From: Escherichia phage vB_EcoM_KAW3E185
Sequence record: MK373782.1
Direction: 5' to 3' (one strand)
DNA: 64,000 nt
This document shows, piece by piece, positions 8,945 to 18,017 of the stretch; position 1 is the stretch's first letter, and each line of letters opens with the position of its first letter. The notes under the pieces are model-generated. The model worked only from the letters and a program-made list of their open reading frames with translations. It searched no databases and was not told the DNA's origin. The position numbers were made by a program, and so were the translations under genes.

Positions 8945-9622
8945 TTATCGCTGTTTTACACTTAACGGGTCAGGATTCTCAGGGACATCTTCAAGGCCAA
9001 GCGCATAACGCTGAGCATATTTTAACATCAAAATATCTTTAGCACAATCATGAATACTATCATGGGCAACGAATCCTTTTAGCGTACCCATCGGTAATGG
9101 ACACATACTTAATCCTCGTGTCAACGAGTAAGCTTCGATTGCCGTACGAATATCGCGTTGAGCCCAGAATTTAACCGGTTCTAATTTATCAGTATCAATA
9201 TCTGGTTCAAGAACACCTTCATCACGATAGAGGTCACGAATCAAATCGACCAAGATCGGGAAGTCAAAGCTCATACCACGGCACCACATCTGTGATTTCC
9301 ATTGGTCAACTTTATTAGCTCGGCAATAGTCTAAAAAGATTTTAATGCCTTCAAGCGTAGTGACATCGTCTTCAGACGGAGCCAGGTTTTTACGCGCTTC
9401 TGCTGACTGTTCTTTCCACCATTTCATAGTGGATTTAGCGAAAACTCGCTTCCCTTTCTGAGAAGCTAAATTAAATTTAATTCGCTTACCTCGTTGAACA
9501 AGTTCTTCAAATGATTCAACAACTTCAGGGTCGGAATTATATGCAATAACCGCAAGGTCAATAACAGCCGCTTTTGATGTATTGCCGAATGTTTCAAAAT
9601 CTATAATAACATCAGTGCTCAT
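8945..9622 (-). CDS. dexA: exonuclease A (DnaQ-like 3'-5' exonuclease), 225 aa
   Basis: N-terminal IIDFETFG DEDD exonuclease motif; position next to dda as in T4. Confidence 0.75.
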   Translation of the reverse strand: MSTDVIIDFETFGNTSKAAVIDLAVIAYNSDPEVVESFEELVQRGKRIKFNLASQKGKRVFAKSTMKWWKEQSAEARKNLAPSEDDVTTLEGIKIFLDYCRANKVDQWKSQMWCRGMSFDFPILVDLIRDLYRDEGVLEPDIDTDKLEPVKFWAQRDIRTAIEAYSLTRGLSMCPLPMGTLKGFVAHDSIHDCAKDILMLKYAQRYALGLEDVPENPDPLSVKQR

Positions 9623-9631
9623 AATTTTCTC

Positions 9632-10945
9632 TCAAATAAAATGGACGTCAAAACGACCACGAGTTGTGCCGACATACAATAACTGTTTAGCTAATTCTGA
9701 ATCGGCATAATGGATACACGGTGTATAAACAAAGGCTGTGTCAACAGACATACCCTGGGCCTTATGGAAGGTTGATACAGGTAGTGCCTTCACCTTAGTG
9801 AACATACGTTTAGCATCCCAGAATTCGCTCCATGGAGCTTTACCGCCTTTATTCCAGAATTTGTATGTTTCTGCGGTCTTAGCCAAAAACAAATTGAATT
9901 TATAAAGCTCTTCTTCAGAAGAAATAACCTTTATATCTTCGCGGATGTATTCTTCATCATCCCCATATGTTTCTACTGTAAGATTCCAGTATCGTATCAT
10001 ATATTCGCCTGAAACACCACGTGCTTTAACGAATGTAGACGTTTCTACAGCATCTCGAATACGAACGAATTGCCCGTTATTGAAAAGCATTTCGGTCATA
10101 TTTTTGCCATCTAGTTTATATGTCTTAGTAAATGGCTCTTGTAGAACAATGACTTCGTCTTTAATAAATGGTTTTTCTGTTTCAAGAAGTTTTCGGCGAA
10201 TAATTGAATTCAACTTGTCCACCGACTTATTTGTGAATGCCATCATTCGATTTTCGAAAAGGTCTTCAGGAGTTTTAACGACATTAAAATAGTTCGTCAT
10301 ATACGATTTAAGGTCTGTATATCCGTGAACACCGTGTCCATCAACTACTTTATCGTAAATCCATTTGCCATTACGAATATCAGTCGCAACATCAATAATT
10401 GGTGCATTGCTACGTTTAACTTCTGTAAGGTTGCATTGCACGAAGTCTTTGTGAGTGAAGAAAGGACTTAGATACGCAGTTGATTCGCCTGGGTCTACCG
10501 GACGAATCTGGCATCGGTCGCCGATGCCAATTACTGTACACCATTTAGGGATACTAGCTAACATTATTTTAAACAGAGAACGGTCGCACATTGACGCTTC
10601 ATCAAATAACAGTACACGACACAAGGCTAAGTCGGGAACCTTTTTCTGTTCAAACAATACGTTTTCTTCGTATGTAGTTGGGTTGATTTTAAGAATGCTA
10701 TGAATAGTCGATGCTTCTTGGCCCGCAAGTTTGCTTAGAACCTTTTTAGCAGCATGTGTAGGGGCTGCTAAAATAATACCTGATTCTCCAGAAGAAATAA
10801 GGGCTTCAACGATGAATCTAGTAAGGGTTGTTTTACCTGTACCAGCGGGCCCGTTAATAGTTACGTGATGTTTCTTTTCTTTAATAGCGTTCATAACAAC
10901 GTTGAAGGCGTTTTTCTGGCCTTCAGTCAAATCATCAAATGTCAT
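9632..10945 (-). CDS. dda: Dda DNA helicase (SF1), 437 aa
   Basis: Walker A GPAGTGKTT; N-terminus MTFDDLTEGQKNAF matches T4 Dda as I recall it. Confidence 0.9.
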   Translation of the reverse strand: MTFDDLTEGQKNAFNVVMNAIKEKKHHVTINGPAGTGKTTLTRFIVEALISSGESGIILAAPTHAAKKVLSKLAGQEASTIHSILKINPTTYEENVLFEQKKVPDLALCRVLLFDEASMCDRSLFKIMLASIPKWCTVIGIGDRCQIRPVDPGESTAYLSPFFTHKDFVQCNLTEVKRSNAPIIDVATDIRNGKWIYDKVVDGHGVHGYTDLKSYMTNYFNVVKTPEDLFENRMMAFTNKSVDKLNSIIRRKLLETEKPFIKDEVIVLQEPFTKTYKLDGKNMTEMLFNNGQFVRIRDAVETSTFVKARGVSGEYMIRYWNLTVETYGDDEEYIREDIKVISSEEELYKFNLFLAKTAETYKFWNKGGKAPWSEFWDAKRMFTKVKALPVSTFHKAQGMSVDTAFVYTPCIHYADSELAKQLLYVGTTRGRFDVHFI

Positions 10946-10969
10946 CGTAAAGTCCCTGCAATTGGAATA

Positions 10970-11308
10970 CTAACAATACGGCCTGTGTCTAGGATTCGTT
11001 GATACAATCTTTGCGTCTCCGCATCTAGCAATACGGCCTGTGTCTAGGATTCGTTGATACAATCTTTGCGTCTCCGCATCTAGTTTAATGTGTTTCATTT
11101 CAAGCTTATTAAACCAGAACTTACGCGGAGTTTCGACCATTCTTAGAACTCCCATTTTTAAATCTGTTTTATACTGTGTTTTCAAAGTATCGAAAACTTT
11201 ATCTGCAATATCCTTTCTAAAAAATACTGCAGGACGATGCTCATCAAGTGGAACCGGGACAGTAAATCCTTCCATATCTCGATAAACTATTGCATATACA
11301 TAAACCAT
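10970..11308 (-). CDS. hypothetical protein (112 aa) with C-terminus altered by a 55-bp tandem duplication
   Basis: ORF upstream of dda; the last 20 codons are read from the second repeat copy in a shifted frame. Confidence 0.45.
   Translation of the reverse strand: MVYVYAIVYRDMEGFTVPVPLDEHRPAVFFRKDIADKVFDTLKTQYKTDLKMGVLRMVETPRKFWFNKLEMKHIKLDAETQRLYQRILDTGRIARCGDAKIVSTNPRHRPYC
10974..11083. repeat. perfect direct tandem repeat, 2 x 55 bp
   Basis: caatacggcctgtgtctaggattcgttgatacaatctttgcgtctccgcatctag occurs twice back to back. Confidence 0.9.
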
Positions 11309-11310
11309 AA

Positions 11311-12057
11311 TTAACCTTTAATCAGTTGGAATAATGATGCGCTAAGTGGTAAGCCACGTTTCAATTTTAATTTACCAATGAAACCAATCTTTTCAAAACG
11401 TTGCAGACCTTGGATAACTTTATCATATGTATCGAAAAGCGATTCAGCGTCAGTTAATTTAGTTTTAGTTTTCCAGTCAGAGCCTTTAAGAAGAACGTTG
11501 AGTTTAGTAAGTTCATGGCCTTCTGCTTGATGTGAGCCATTAATGCGTGCTTTCAAAGCAACAATTCTAAGTTTAGATTCGTTAGATAAAGGTTGATTTT
11601 TCATCATGTTCGCCATATGCTTAACACGATTTTCACGTTTTGCTCGGATTTTTAAAATAGTACCATAAACCTTTTTAATTTGGGCCCATTTCTTCTCGTC
11701 GAGATTAAGTTTCTCTACTTTACAGACAGAAGGATTAGCGATACGTCTTGCAATGGCATCACGTTTCTCAATAAGTTCTTCTAATGTTAAATCAGAACGA
11801 GCCGTGTTATATTTTTTCTTAACTGGGATAACATTACCTTTAATGTAGCCTATATCATTATTAAAACGTTCTAAGGATAATTTCTCACATTCAACAGAGT
11901 TATTAAAAGATTCACCTGAGTAAGCGCAGACCTTTTGATCAAGAATGTTTTTAAGGTAATTAAAGTCTAAGTTAAAATCCTTAGAGCGTCTCTTCGCAGA
12001 AGCTCTGGTGTGGTCAAGACGACGATTGATTTTGTTAATTTTATTATTTGATAACAT
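11311..12057 (-). CDS. hypothetical basic protein (248 aa) at the srd position
   Basis: ORF between the dda-upstream gene and modA; assignment positional only. Confidence 0.45.
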   Translation of the reverse strand: MLSNNKINKINRRLDHTRASAKRRSKDFNLDFNYLKNILDQKVCAYSGESFNNSVECEKLSLERFNNDIGYIKGNVIPVKKKYNTARSDLTLEELIEKRDAIARRIANPSVCKVEKLNLDEKKWAQIKKVYGTILKIRAKRENRVKHMANMMKNQPLSNESKLRIVALKARINGSHQAEGHELTKLNVLLKGSDWKTKTKLTDAESLFDTYDKVIQGLQRFEKIGFIGKLKLKRGLPLSASLFQLIKG

Positions 12058-12209
12058 AATATTTTCCTCTGTCTTACGGACGTTAGGTCATTTAGCTGAT
12101 AAGCTTATAATATCATGCCCTCAGGTAGTGTACACTCTTTTTTCGTAAAATGCTTTAATTTTTTATGTGTTATAATGGTTCTGAGTTCCATCCGGTTATT
12201 CCAATTCAG

Positions 12210-12818
12210 TCAGTAACTGACAATAGACAGATTCCAGATTGTATAACGTCCATCTTGAATAATAGAATCTACACGCAGTGTAGTCCCTATAGGGAGCATA
12301 AATTCACATTCGTCGGATATAAGTCTAGCATTAGACCGTCTTGTCGCTTCAGGGAAAGCTCCATTGAACTCACAAGATGGCGCAGCCAGAATCATGTTAA
12401 GCATATGTTCACGGAAGTTGAAAGCAAATGGTGCATCTTTGATGCAGAACATATTAAATGTTCCGTAAAAATTATACGAAGCAAAGTTACGTGCTACACC
12501 GAACACTGGGCTGAAGCTCATTACTCTGTCAAATTTAATAATACTACCAATGCCTTTATCATCAAGTGTGGCCATAGTTTTCTTAGAGATTCCACGATAC
12601 ATTGTCTCAGGAACAGAAGACGTCCAATTTCTACGAACGATTGAACTTAACTCCTGTTGAATACAGTCTGGCTTGTTTTCCATACACTGCCACAGGACAC
12701 TTTGTTCGTTATCGTTGAATTGACTATCAATTTCATACTGCAATTCATCTTGATATTCAGGGTTTTGAGCACGACGAACCATTTCTTCGATTTCACAGTC
12801 ATTATATGGCATGAACAT
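12210..12818 (-). CDS. modA: ADP-ribosyltransferase, ModA-like
   Basis: Paralog of the next ORF; Arg/Ser-Thr/ExE-type ART features; start chosen at Met6 with GAGGAG Shine-Dalgarno. Confidence 0.6.
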   Translation of the reverse strand: MFMPYNDCEIEEMVRRAQNPEYQDELQYEIDSQFNDNEQSVLWQCMENKPDCIQQELSSIVRRNWTSSVPETMYRGISKKTMATLDDKGIGSIIKFDRVMSFSPVFGVARNFASYNFYGTFNMFCIKDAPFAFNFREHMLNMILAAPSCEFNGAFPEATRRSNARLISDECEFMLPIGTTLRVDSIIQDGRYTIWNLSIVSY

Positions 12819-12847
12819 TTTATTTCTCCTCACGTTTCGATAAAGTA

Positions 12848-12877
12848 ATCATAACACCGTCCGTGGTGGTTGTAAAC
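12848..12877 (-). promoter_or_regulatory. early promoter (-35 GTTTAC, about 18 nt, -10 TATGAT)
   Basis: Hexamers upstream of modA, overlapping the modB stop; coordinates approximate. Confidence 0.4.
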
Positions 12878-13458
12878 TAAAAATTCAACATTTTCAAATG
12901 AATGATTTTGTATAATCGAGATAAAGGGTCATATTCTAAGTCTTCAATTTCCACAATCTCAAATCTAGAGATACCTGAAACCATGTACTCTTGTTCAGAT
13001 TCAATCATATCTAGGACGTCAACACGCTTTTCTTCCATAACATGCTTAGGGTTCTTTCCGGCGAGTACAATGTTAATCATGTTTTGGTAGTAATCAAAAA
13101 TGAATGGAGCATTCCTGAGACTAAGAATAGTGTACGTCTGATATTCCCATCTCCCAGAGAATTGACAAGCTGTACTGAAATCAGTTGTGAACGATGTTAC
13201 TCGTCCAGGAGACCAATGGCATCCAACAGAAAGAAGGGAAAGACGTTCTACTTCTTCTGGAGTTACACCACGGTAGAGTTCTACTGGTACTGTAGAAGTC
13301 ATATGCTTACGAACAAGATGGTCTAATTCATAGTGGAAATCCGGGTCTTCCTTAGAATCGGTGCAAGCCCAGAGAATGTTTTGTTCTTGGCGGGTGAATT
13401 TGCTATCAATCAGATTTGTTAGGTATTCACGTTCTTGAAGTTCAGATTGACATGTCAT
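12877..13458 (-). CDS. modB: ADP-ribosyltransferase, ModB-like
   Basis: LYRG...TSFT...EQEYMV (R-S-ExE ART motifs); start chosen at Met14 with GGAGG Shine-Dalgarno. Confidence 0.6.
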   Translation of the reverse strand: MTCQSELQEREYLTNLIDSKFTRQEQNILWACTDSKEDPDFHYELDHLVRKHMTSTVPVELYRGVTPEEVERLSLLSVGCHWSPGRVTSFTTDFSTACQFSGRWEYQTYTILSLRNAPFIFDYYQNMINIVLAGKNPKHVMEEKRVDVLDMIESEQEYMVSGISRFEIVEIEDLEYDPLSRLYKIIHLKMLNF

Positions 13459-13485
13459 GATAGACCTCCATTTAAAGATAAGCCT

Positions 13486-13514
13486 ATCATAACACAAGAG
13501 GAGGGAATGTAAAC
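13486..13514 (-). promoter_or_regulatory. early promoter (-35 GTTTAC, 17 nt, -10 TATGAT), cassette family B
   Basis: Minus strand reads GTTTACattccctcctcttgtgtTATGAT upstream of modB; coordinates approximate. Confidence 0.45.
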
Positions 13515-13678
13515 TACTTTTTAAGCTTTCCTACTAAAGGTCCATCAGGGCCAGGTTGTTCTAACATGAATAAGGATGCTTTAAAAAGCAATGTCAACCC
13601 TTTCACCATTCGATACCATGTCTCAAAGTCTTTTTCCTTGATTTCTAGTAAGAATTTCTCTTTCAATTTATCTTTCAT
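13514..13678 (-). CDS. small hypothetical protein (54 aa)
   Basis: Not in ORF track; hand translation MKDKLKEKFLLEIKEKDFETWYRMVKGLTLLFKASLFMLEQPGPDGPLVGKLKK; ATG overlaps upstream stop as ATGA. Confidence 0.35.
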   Translation of the reverse strand: MKDKLKEKFLLEIKEKDFETWYRMVKGLTLLFKASLFMLEQPGPDGPLVGKLKK

Positions 13679-13863
13679 TTCCAAGGACTCCATGGTGGAG
13701 GGTCGTCATAATAAGAGGCAAGGTCTTTCAGGGCTTCGACAGGTAAACTAAAGCCGTGTCGTTGTATAATACTATCTAGTTCATCAACAAGTTCACTACG
13801 ATGCACTTTAGGAGCCTCAACTTCAGGCTCGTCAAACATACTCATAAGGTCCATATTATTCAC
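13675..13863 (-). CDS. small acidic hypothetical protein (62 aa)
   Basis: ORF on gene strand, overlaps neighbours by a few nt. Confidence 0.45.
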   Translation of the reverse strand: MNNMDLMSMFDEPEVEAPKVHRSELVDELDSIIQRHGFSLPVEALKDLASYYDDPPPWSPWK

Positions 13864-14320
13864 CGAGATAAAAACTAACAGGTTCAGAGAATGTTTCTAG
13901 CGCTACACCTTTTGTCTTAAAAAATTTCCAAATAGCTCGTTGCAAATGGATTAAATCTGCTAATGATGTAATAAAGTATTTTTTGGCAAAATACTTATGG
14001 TCTCGCGTTTCAAACAAGTCTAAACGCTTTTCAGGATTCACATAAACGGCATTTTCCGTAGATTCATAACCTAAGTCCTTTATGCCTTCTTCAAGACTAA
14101 ACGGAGAATTTTTAGAATGAGTAATAGCTCCAACTCGCTCTACACGAATTTTGTAACCTTTAGGAATCTGCAATTTGCAGAATTCTTCTACGATATATTG
14201 CGGATTATTTAGACTTTTGTTAATGAGAATAGCTATTTCTAGTGGAGTCTTATCTTCCACTGGTATATGTTTAAATGACTTGGCTTCAAGCAAATACATT
14301 TTAAATAGCATAGCATCCAT
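13856..14320 (-). CDS. hypothetical protein (154 aa)
   Basis: ORF on gene strand; ATG at 14320 overlaps upstream TAA. Confidence 0.5.
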   Translation of the reverse strand: MDAMLFKMYLLEAKSFKHIPVEDKTPLEIAILINKSLNNPQYIVEEFCKLQIPKGYKIRVERVGAITHSKNSPFSLEEGIKDLGYESTENAVYVNPEKRLDLFETRDHKYFAKKYFITSLADLIHLQRAIWKFFKTKGVALETFSEPVSFYLGE

Positions 14321-14499
14321 TATAATTTCCTCGATGGTTCACCCATATAAAGTTTTACAATACGTTCGCCTTCATCTTCGACGAGCTTTTCTTCATGTTT
14401 CTGGAATTCTTTAGCCATATTCTCTTCAAGAACATCCAGCCAATCTTCTGGACCGACACCATCGTCCCAGCTTTTAAACCATTTAACTATCTTGTTCAT
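14320..14499 (-). CDS. small hypothetical protein (about 59 aa)
   Basis: Track ORF 14320-14526; start chosen at Met10, which overlaps the upstream stop as ATGA. Confidence 0.4.
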   Translation of the reverse strand: MNKIVKWFKSWDDGVGPEDWLDVLEENMAKEFQKHEEKLVEDEGERIVKLYMGEPSRKL

Positions 14500-14696
14500 T
14501 CGCAGCTCCCTGAGCTTGAACCACAATCAGAATAACTTGACCCAGAATCACCAGGCCAAGACGATACGTATGAATGATTATAACTTGAAGAGCTTGAAGC
14601 ATTAACCTGTTTTGTTTTTGGACGAATAACTTCTTCCATCATTCCGTCACCAATATATTCCCAACTTTTTTCATGTGTATCAGGAATAGGCATCAT
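14496..14696 (-). CDS. small protein with Ser-rich C-terminal tail (about 66 aa)
   Basis: Track ORF 14496-14819; start chosen at Met42 just below the upstream stop; C-terminus ...NASSSSSYNHSYVSSWPGDSGSSYSDCGSSSGSCE. Confidence 0.4.
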   Translation of the reverse strand: MMPIPDTHEKSWEYIGDGMMEEVIRPKTKQVNASSSSSYNHSYVSSWPGDSGSSYSDCGSSSGSCE

Positions 14697-14709
14697 ACCT
14701 TCGCCTGGT

Positions 14710-14937
14710 TTAACAGCAAAAAACTTCTTCAGCATCGTAAGCATTAATTGTTCCTCGAACAAAACGAACACCACCATCATCCCAACGGATTTCGGCATTA
14801 AATTTGACGTCTTCACCATCCATCATGAATGAGTGTACGACTACATCATCGTAATATCCAAGACCGTATTTCAACGAAACTTCTTGAGCAATCAAAGCAC
14901 CTAATGTGTTATTAGGTTTAATCCAACGATTTAACAT
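14710..14937 (-). CDS. hypothetical protein (about 75 aa)
   Basis: Track ORF 14710-15006; start chosen at Met24 with GGAG Shine-Dalgarno below the promoter. Confidence 0.45.
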   Translation of the reverse strand: MLNRWIKPNNTLGALIAQEVSLKYGLGYYDDVVVHSFMMDGEDVKFNAEIRWDDGGVRFVRGTINAYDAEEVFCC

Positions 14938-14965
14938 ATTGTTCTCCTCTTGAGTAAGTAAGAAT

Positions 14966-14995
14966 ATCTTAACACAGTTTTTAGTGGTTGTAAAC
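14966..14995 (-). promoter_or_regulatory. early promoter (-35 GTTTAC, -10 TAAGAT)
   Basis: Hexamers on minus strand upstream of ORF 14710-14937; coordinates approximate. Confidence 0.4.
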
Positions 14996-15001
14996 TGTAG
15001 A

Positions 15002-15030
15002 AACAAAAAAAGGAATCCCGAAGGATTCCT
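15002..15030 (-). terminator. rho-independent terminator after soc (aaggaatcc-UUCG-ggattcctt + U7)
   Basis: Perfect 9-bp stem, UUCG loop, U-run on minus transcript just after the soc stop. Confidence 0.65.
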
Positions 15031-15038
15031 TAAATTAT

Positions 15039-15275
15039 TTAACCACTTACTGGTGTAGGGGTAAACATTGCAGCGTTCTTAGTTTTCCAGTCAGCTGCAT
15101 CAGAAACTACAGTAGAATAAGCTGCCTTTTCTGATGGAAAGATTTGGTAATGAGAATCTGCAATCCGATGTTCGTTTGAATAAATCTCAAACGGCACAGA
15201 AACTTCCATACCTTTAACTTCTTTACCTTCACCAGCAGGATGCGTAAAGGTTTTGATGTTTACATAACCACCCAT
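15039..15275 (-). CDS. soc: small outer capsid protein Soc (78 aa)
   Basis: GYVNIKTF...HYQIFPSEKAAYSTV matches T4 Soc as I recall it; late promoter upstream. Confidence 0.8.
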   Translation of the reverse strand: MGGYVNIKTFTHPAGEGKEVKGMEVSVPFEIYSNEHRIADSHYQIFPSEKAAYSTVVSDAADWKTKNAAMFTPTPVSG

Positions 15276-15277
15276 AA

Positions 15278-15616
15278 TTAACTCCTTTGTTGTTTAATTA
15301 CAGGTGTATTTATAATGAATTTCTTCGGGGCAATAAAATATCCGAATTTAGCTAATATAACAACATCACCGTTAATTATTACCGGAGAATAATCATCTGG
15401 AGTATTAAATTTCCAGTGGAGTCTAGTATTATATCCATCAGAGCCGAATGCTTTATTAGCCGGTCTCCCGGCTTTTTGCCATGCATAAAAATCAAGTTTC
15501 ATTCGCAACCTAATCAACCATATGTAGATGGTCTGATAATTGACTAACATGCTGAAGCTGATTAGACAGGAGCTTACAAATAAGCTCACTGTTATCATTT
15601 TTAAATAGTTGGTCAA
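15278..15616 (-). CDS. hypothetical protein with hydrophobic N-terminus (112 aa)
   Basis: ORF between soc and gene 56; start uncertain. Confidence 0.4.
   Translation of the reverse strand: MTNYLKMITVSLFVSSCLISFSMLVNYQTIYIWLIRLRMKLDFYAWQKAGRPANKAFGSDGYNTRLHWKFNTPDDYSPVIINGDVVILAKFGYFIAPKKFIINTPVIKQQRS
15307..15314 (-). promoter_or_regulatory. T4-type late promoter TATAAATA for soc
   Basis: Exact TATAAATA on minus strand about 30 nt upstream of the soc ATG. Confidence 0.6.
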
Positions 15617-15664
15617 TACGTTTCTTATGAGCTTTCTTAAGCTGACGTTTATTTAAACGAGCCA

Positions 15665-16186
15665 TTAATAACCTCGGTCTTGACGAGCAAAGTTTTCAGC
15701 ATTCTTCAGATAATACAGTTTAAAGATTTCTTCAGCAGAAAGACCCAGACCTTGGAACATGTTCAGAACGAAGTGCAGAATATCAATCATTTCGAATTTA
15801 ATTTCGAGCTGGTCTTCAGGAGACAGTTCATCAATACGACGATTACGATATTCAGCATGTTGTGCTTTCCATGGCTTCCACACAGAGCTGGCAGCTTTTT
15901 CACCGTTGGACATACCACCAAGTGAAGTCAGCAGTTCACGGAATTCATCATCAATATAATCTTTCTGATTACGCAGCCAATCAACAACATCGCCAGCAGT
16001 AGCCAATTCATCAGGATGTTTGTTATGTTCAGGCTTGTCATTTGCCAGACGAACCTGTAAAGATTTCTGCATATCAAGCATTACCTGCAGTGGGTCTTTA
16101 TCTTCGTGAATCAGAGCATTAAAATAAGCTTCTTCTGCTTTATCAACACCAGAAATAAGTTGTGAACATTCGTTAAAGTGTGCCAT
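15665..16186 (-). CDS. 56: dCTP pyrophosphatase (MazG-like), gp56
   Basis: MAHFNEC...DPLQVMLDMQ...LYYLKNAENFARQDRGY matches T4 gp56 as I recall it; start chosen at Met6. Confidence 0.85.
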   Translation of the reverse strand: MAHFNECSQLISGVDKAEEAYFNALIHEDKDPLQVMLDMQKSLQVRLANDKPEHNKHPDELATAGDVVDWLRNQKDYIDDEFRELLTSLGGMSNGEKAASSVWKPWKAQHAEYRNRRIDELSPEDQLEIKFEMIDILHFVLNMFQGLGLSAEEIFKLYYLKNAENFARQDRGY

Positions 16187-16274
16187 TATTTTTCCTTTCA
16201 ATTCAGTATAAGAGAGTTAATTCTAACATTAATTTTATAAAGCGTAATAAATAATAGGTAACTAAGGAGATATT

Positions 16275-16472
16275 ATGTTTAAACTTCCATCGTTAATCAA
16301 CGCTATTAAAGGCAATAAAAAGAAAACTGCTATCGCCGCAATAGTTGTAGGTGGCATTATTTCATGGAACTTCGGGATTGCACCATTGTTAGTTGCCCAT
16401 GGTATTATAGTTCCTTCTGTTCCATTGGATACTGTAGTTGATTTGGCCTTTGCTATTATAGGACTTGTTTAA
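16275..16472 (+). CDS. small two-helix hydrophobic peptide (65 aa), only plus-strand gene candidate
   Basis: AAGGAGA Shine-Dalgarno 4-5 nt before ATG; sits in the 56-61 intergenic region; 3' end overlaps the primase stop. Confidence 0.4.
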   Translation: MFKLPSLINAIKGNKKKTAIAAIVVGGIISWNFGIAPLLVAHGIIVPSVPLDTVVDLAFAIIGLV

Positions 16473-17491
16473 ATCTTCGAATAACGAGATAATCTCATTT
16501 TAGCATGCAACCCACTTGAAATATTCTGTTTCATATATTCTAAAATTTCTTGTGGTGTTGCATTTTCTTTCATTACCATATCATTCACATCCTTTGAACT
16601 CCATGGAGCTCTATCCCAGAACATGACACGTTCGCCTGCATCAACTAATCGCTTCATGCGAGCTATAGTATCCGGATGCCTAGGTTCATTATCCATTACC
16701 CATACCCGACGTTCTTTAAATGGTACCACATCTAAATCTATCGAGCCGCCTGTAATAGCGATTGCATTGGGTATGAATAAACTATCAATAGGGCCTTCCA
16801 TTACCCAGACGTCTCCTTCCTTAACACGTTCAACGCCATAAATTTTTGTTGCAGACTCAAACGCTTTAATAGTGATATATTTCTGAGGAGCATCTTTACG
16901 AAGTGCACGTCCTTGGAATGACTCGGCCTTCCCATCTTTATTAAAAATAGGAATCACTAAACGTGGTTCGGGGATCTCTTTCTTATACGTACCAGGTTGA
17001 ATCTTGTTGACCAATTTGGGCCATTCTAATGTGAACCATAATCTGTTCCATGATTCTTTAGGAATGCATCTAGACTTAACATATTTAACAATAGGATGCT
17101 CTTCAGGCAACTTGTCCAGACGAGAACAAGACGGCAAAGAATTTATAGTCTTTTTCTCCGGTTCTGGTTTATGTTCAGGAACCTTTTCAATCTTTGGTTC
17201 CATTCTAGCTTTTTCTTTACGGACTTCCATTAGATATTCGCGATAAAGCTCTTCATCATACTCTTTTAAGTATCCGGAAATTGTATTGTGGTATTGACAG
17301 TTATAGCAATGTACATTACCAGGAGTACCGCCATAATACCAACCGCGAGCTTTCATTGCATCTGTCTGAGAGTCGCCACAAACTGGACAACGAAACGTTA
17401 ATTTAAATGTGCTTGAATTATTGATTTGTCTAAAACGAGGGAGGTGAGAAAACGCACGATAAGCAAATTCATTATCTATCCATTCAGCCAT
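16469..17491 (-). CDS. 61: DNA primase gp61 (340 aa)
   Basis: N-terminal zinc ribbon CPVCGD...CYNC; size and position as T4 gp61. Confidence 0.85.
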   Translation of the reverse strand: MAEWIDNEFAYRAFSHLPRFRQINNSSTFKLTFRCPVCGDSQTDAMKARGWYYGGTPGNVHCYNCQYHNTISGYLKEYDEELYREYLMEVRKEKARMEPKIEKVPEHKPEPEKKTINSLPSCSRLDKLPEEHPIVKYVKSRCIPKESWNRLWFTLEWPKLVNKIQPGTYKKEIPEPRLVIPIFNKDGKAESFQGRALRKDAPQKYITIKAFESATKIYGVERVKEGDVWVMEGPIDSLFIPNAIAITGGSIDLDVVPFKERRVWVMDNEPRHPDTIARMKRLVDAGERVMFWDRAPWSSKDVNDMVMKENATPQEILEYMKQNISSGLHAKMRLSRYSKI

Positions 17492-17530
17492 AGTATTCTC
17501 CAGAGGCCTTAAATTAATAAGGCCATCTTA

Positions 17531-17998
17531 TCACAACTTATTAATATTTACTTTAATTCGCTTTCTTTTCTTGGAAGGAATTTGTTCGGGACCTTTATTT
17601 ACGACTGCACCTGTAGTTGTTCCTGATGCAATAGCTTGAGGATTGCCGTCTGAATCACCAGCAACCATATCCTCAAATAAAGGGAGTTCTTTAAATATTT
17701 CTTTCTGTTGTTCTTCCGTAATGTTATAGCGTGAAGCTACAGCACTCCAGGCAGACATCATTGAGGCCATTCCATTAAGACCTGGAACAGTGTTCATCAT
17801 TCGCTTCATTGAACGAACTGAAGCATGAAAAGGTGTATAAGCCGCTTTCTCTTCAGGAGTGGAAGGACGTTTAAGAACACTTCCACGTTCATCGATGATT
17901 TTGGCTTCGTATGCTTTCCATTCGGTAAAAGGTTTTTGCATTAGTCGAATAAACTTATATGCGTAAACAGAATCTATTGCAGTGTTAATAATACCCAT
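17531..17998 (-). CDS. hypothetical protein (about 155 aa)
   Basis: Track ORF 17531-18025; start chosen at Met10 with AGGAGG Shine-Dalgarno. Confidence 0.5.
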   Translation of the reverse strand: MGIINTAIDSVYAYKFIRLMQKPFTEWKAYEAKIIDERGSVLKRPSTPEEKAAYTPFHASVRSMKRMMNTVPGLNGMASMMSAWSAVASRYNITEEQQKEIFKELPLFEDMVAGDSDGNPQAIASGTTTGAVVNKGPEQIPSKKRKRIKVNINKL

Positions 17999-18017
17999 AG
18001 GTACCTCCTGAGTATAT

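Noticed and set aside
10974-11083. Possible CRISPR array or minisatellite
   Set aside because: Only two identical 55-bp copies with no spacers; it is a simple tandem duplication. No other repeat-spacer structure seen in the window.
11311-12057. HNH-endonuclease-like motif in the 248-aa srd-position protein (CAYSG...ERFNNDIGYIKGN)
   Set aside because: Catalytic His residues are replaced; at most a degenerate HNH-like DNA-binding fold, not asserted.
16202-16274. Plus-strand late promoter for the small plus-strand ORF
   Set aside because: The nearest match (TAATAAATA) is not the exact TATAAATA late consensus; transcription signal for this ORF remains unidentified.
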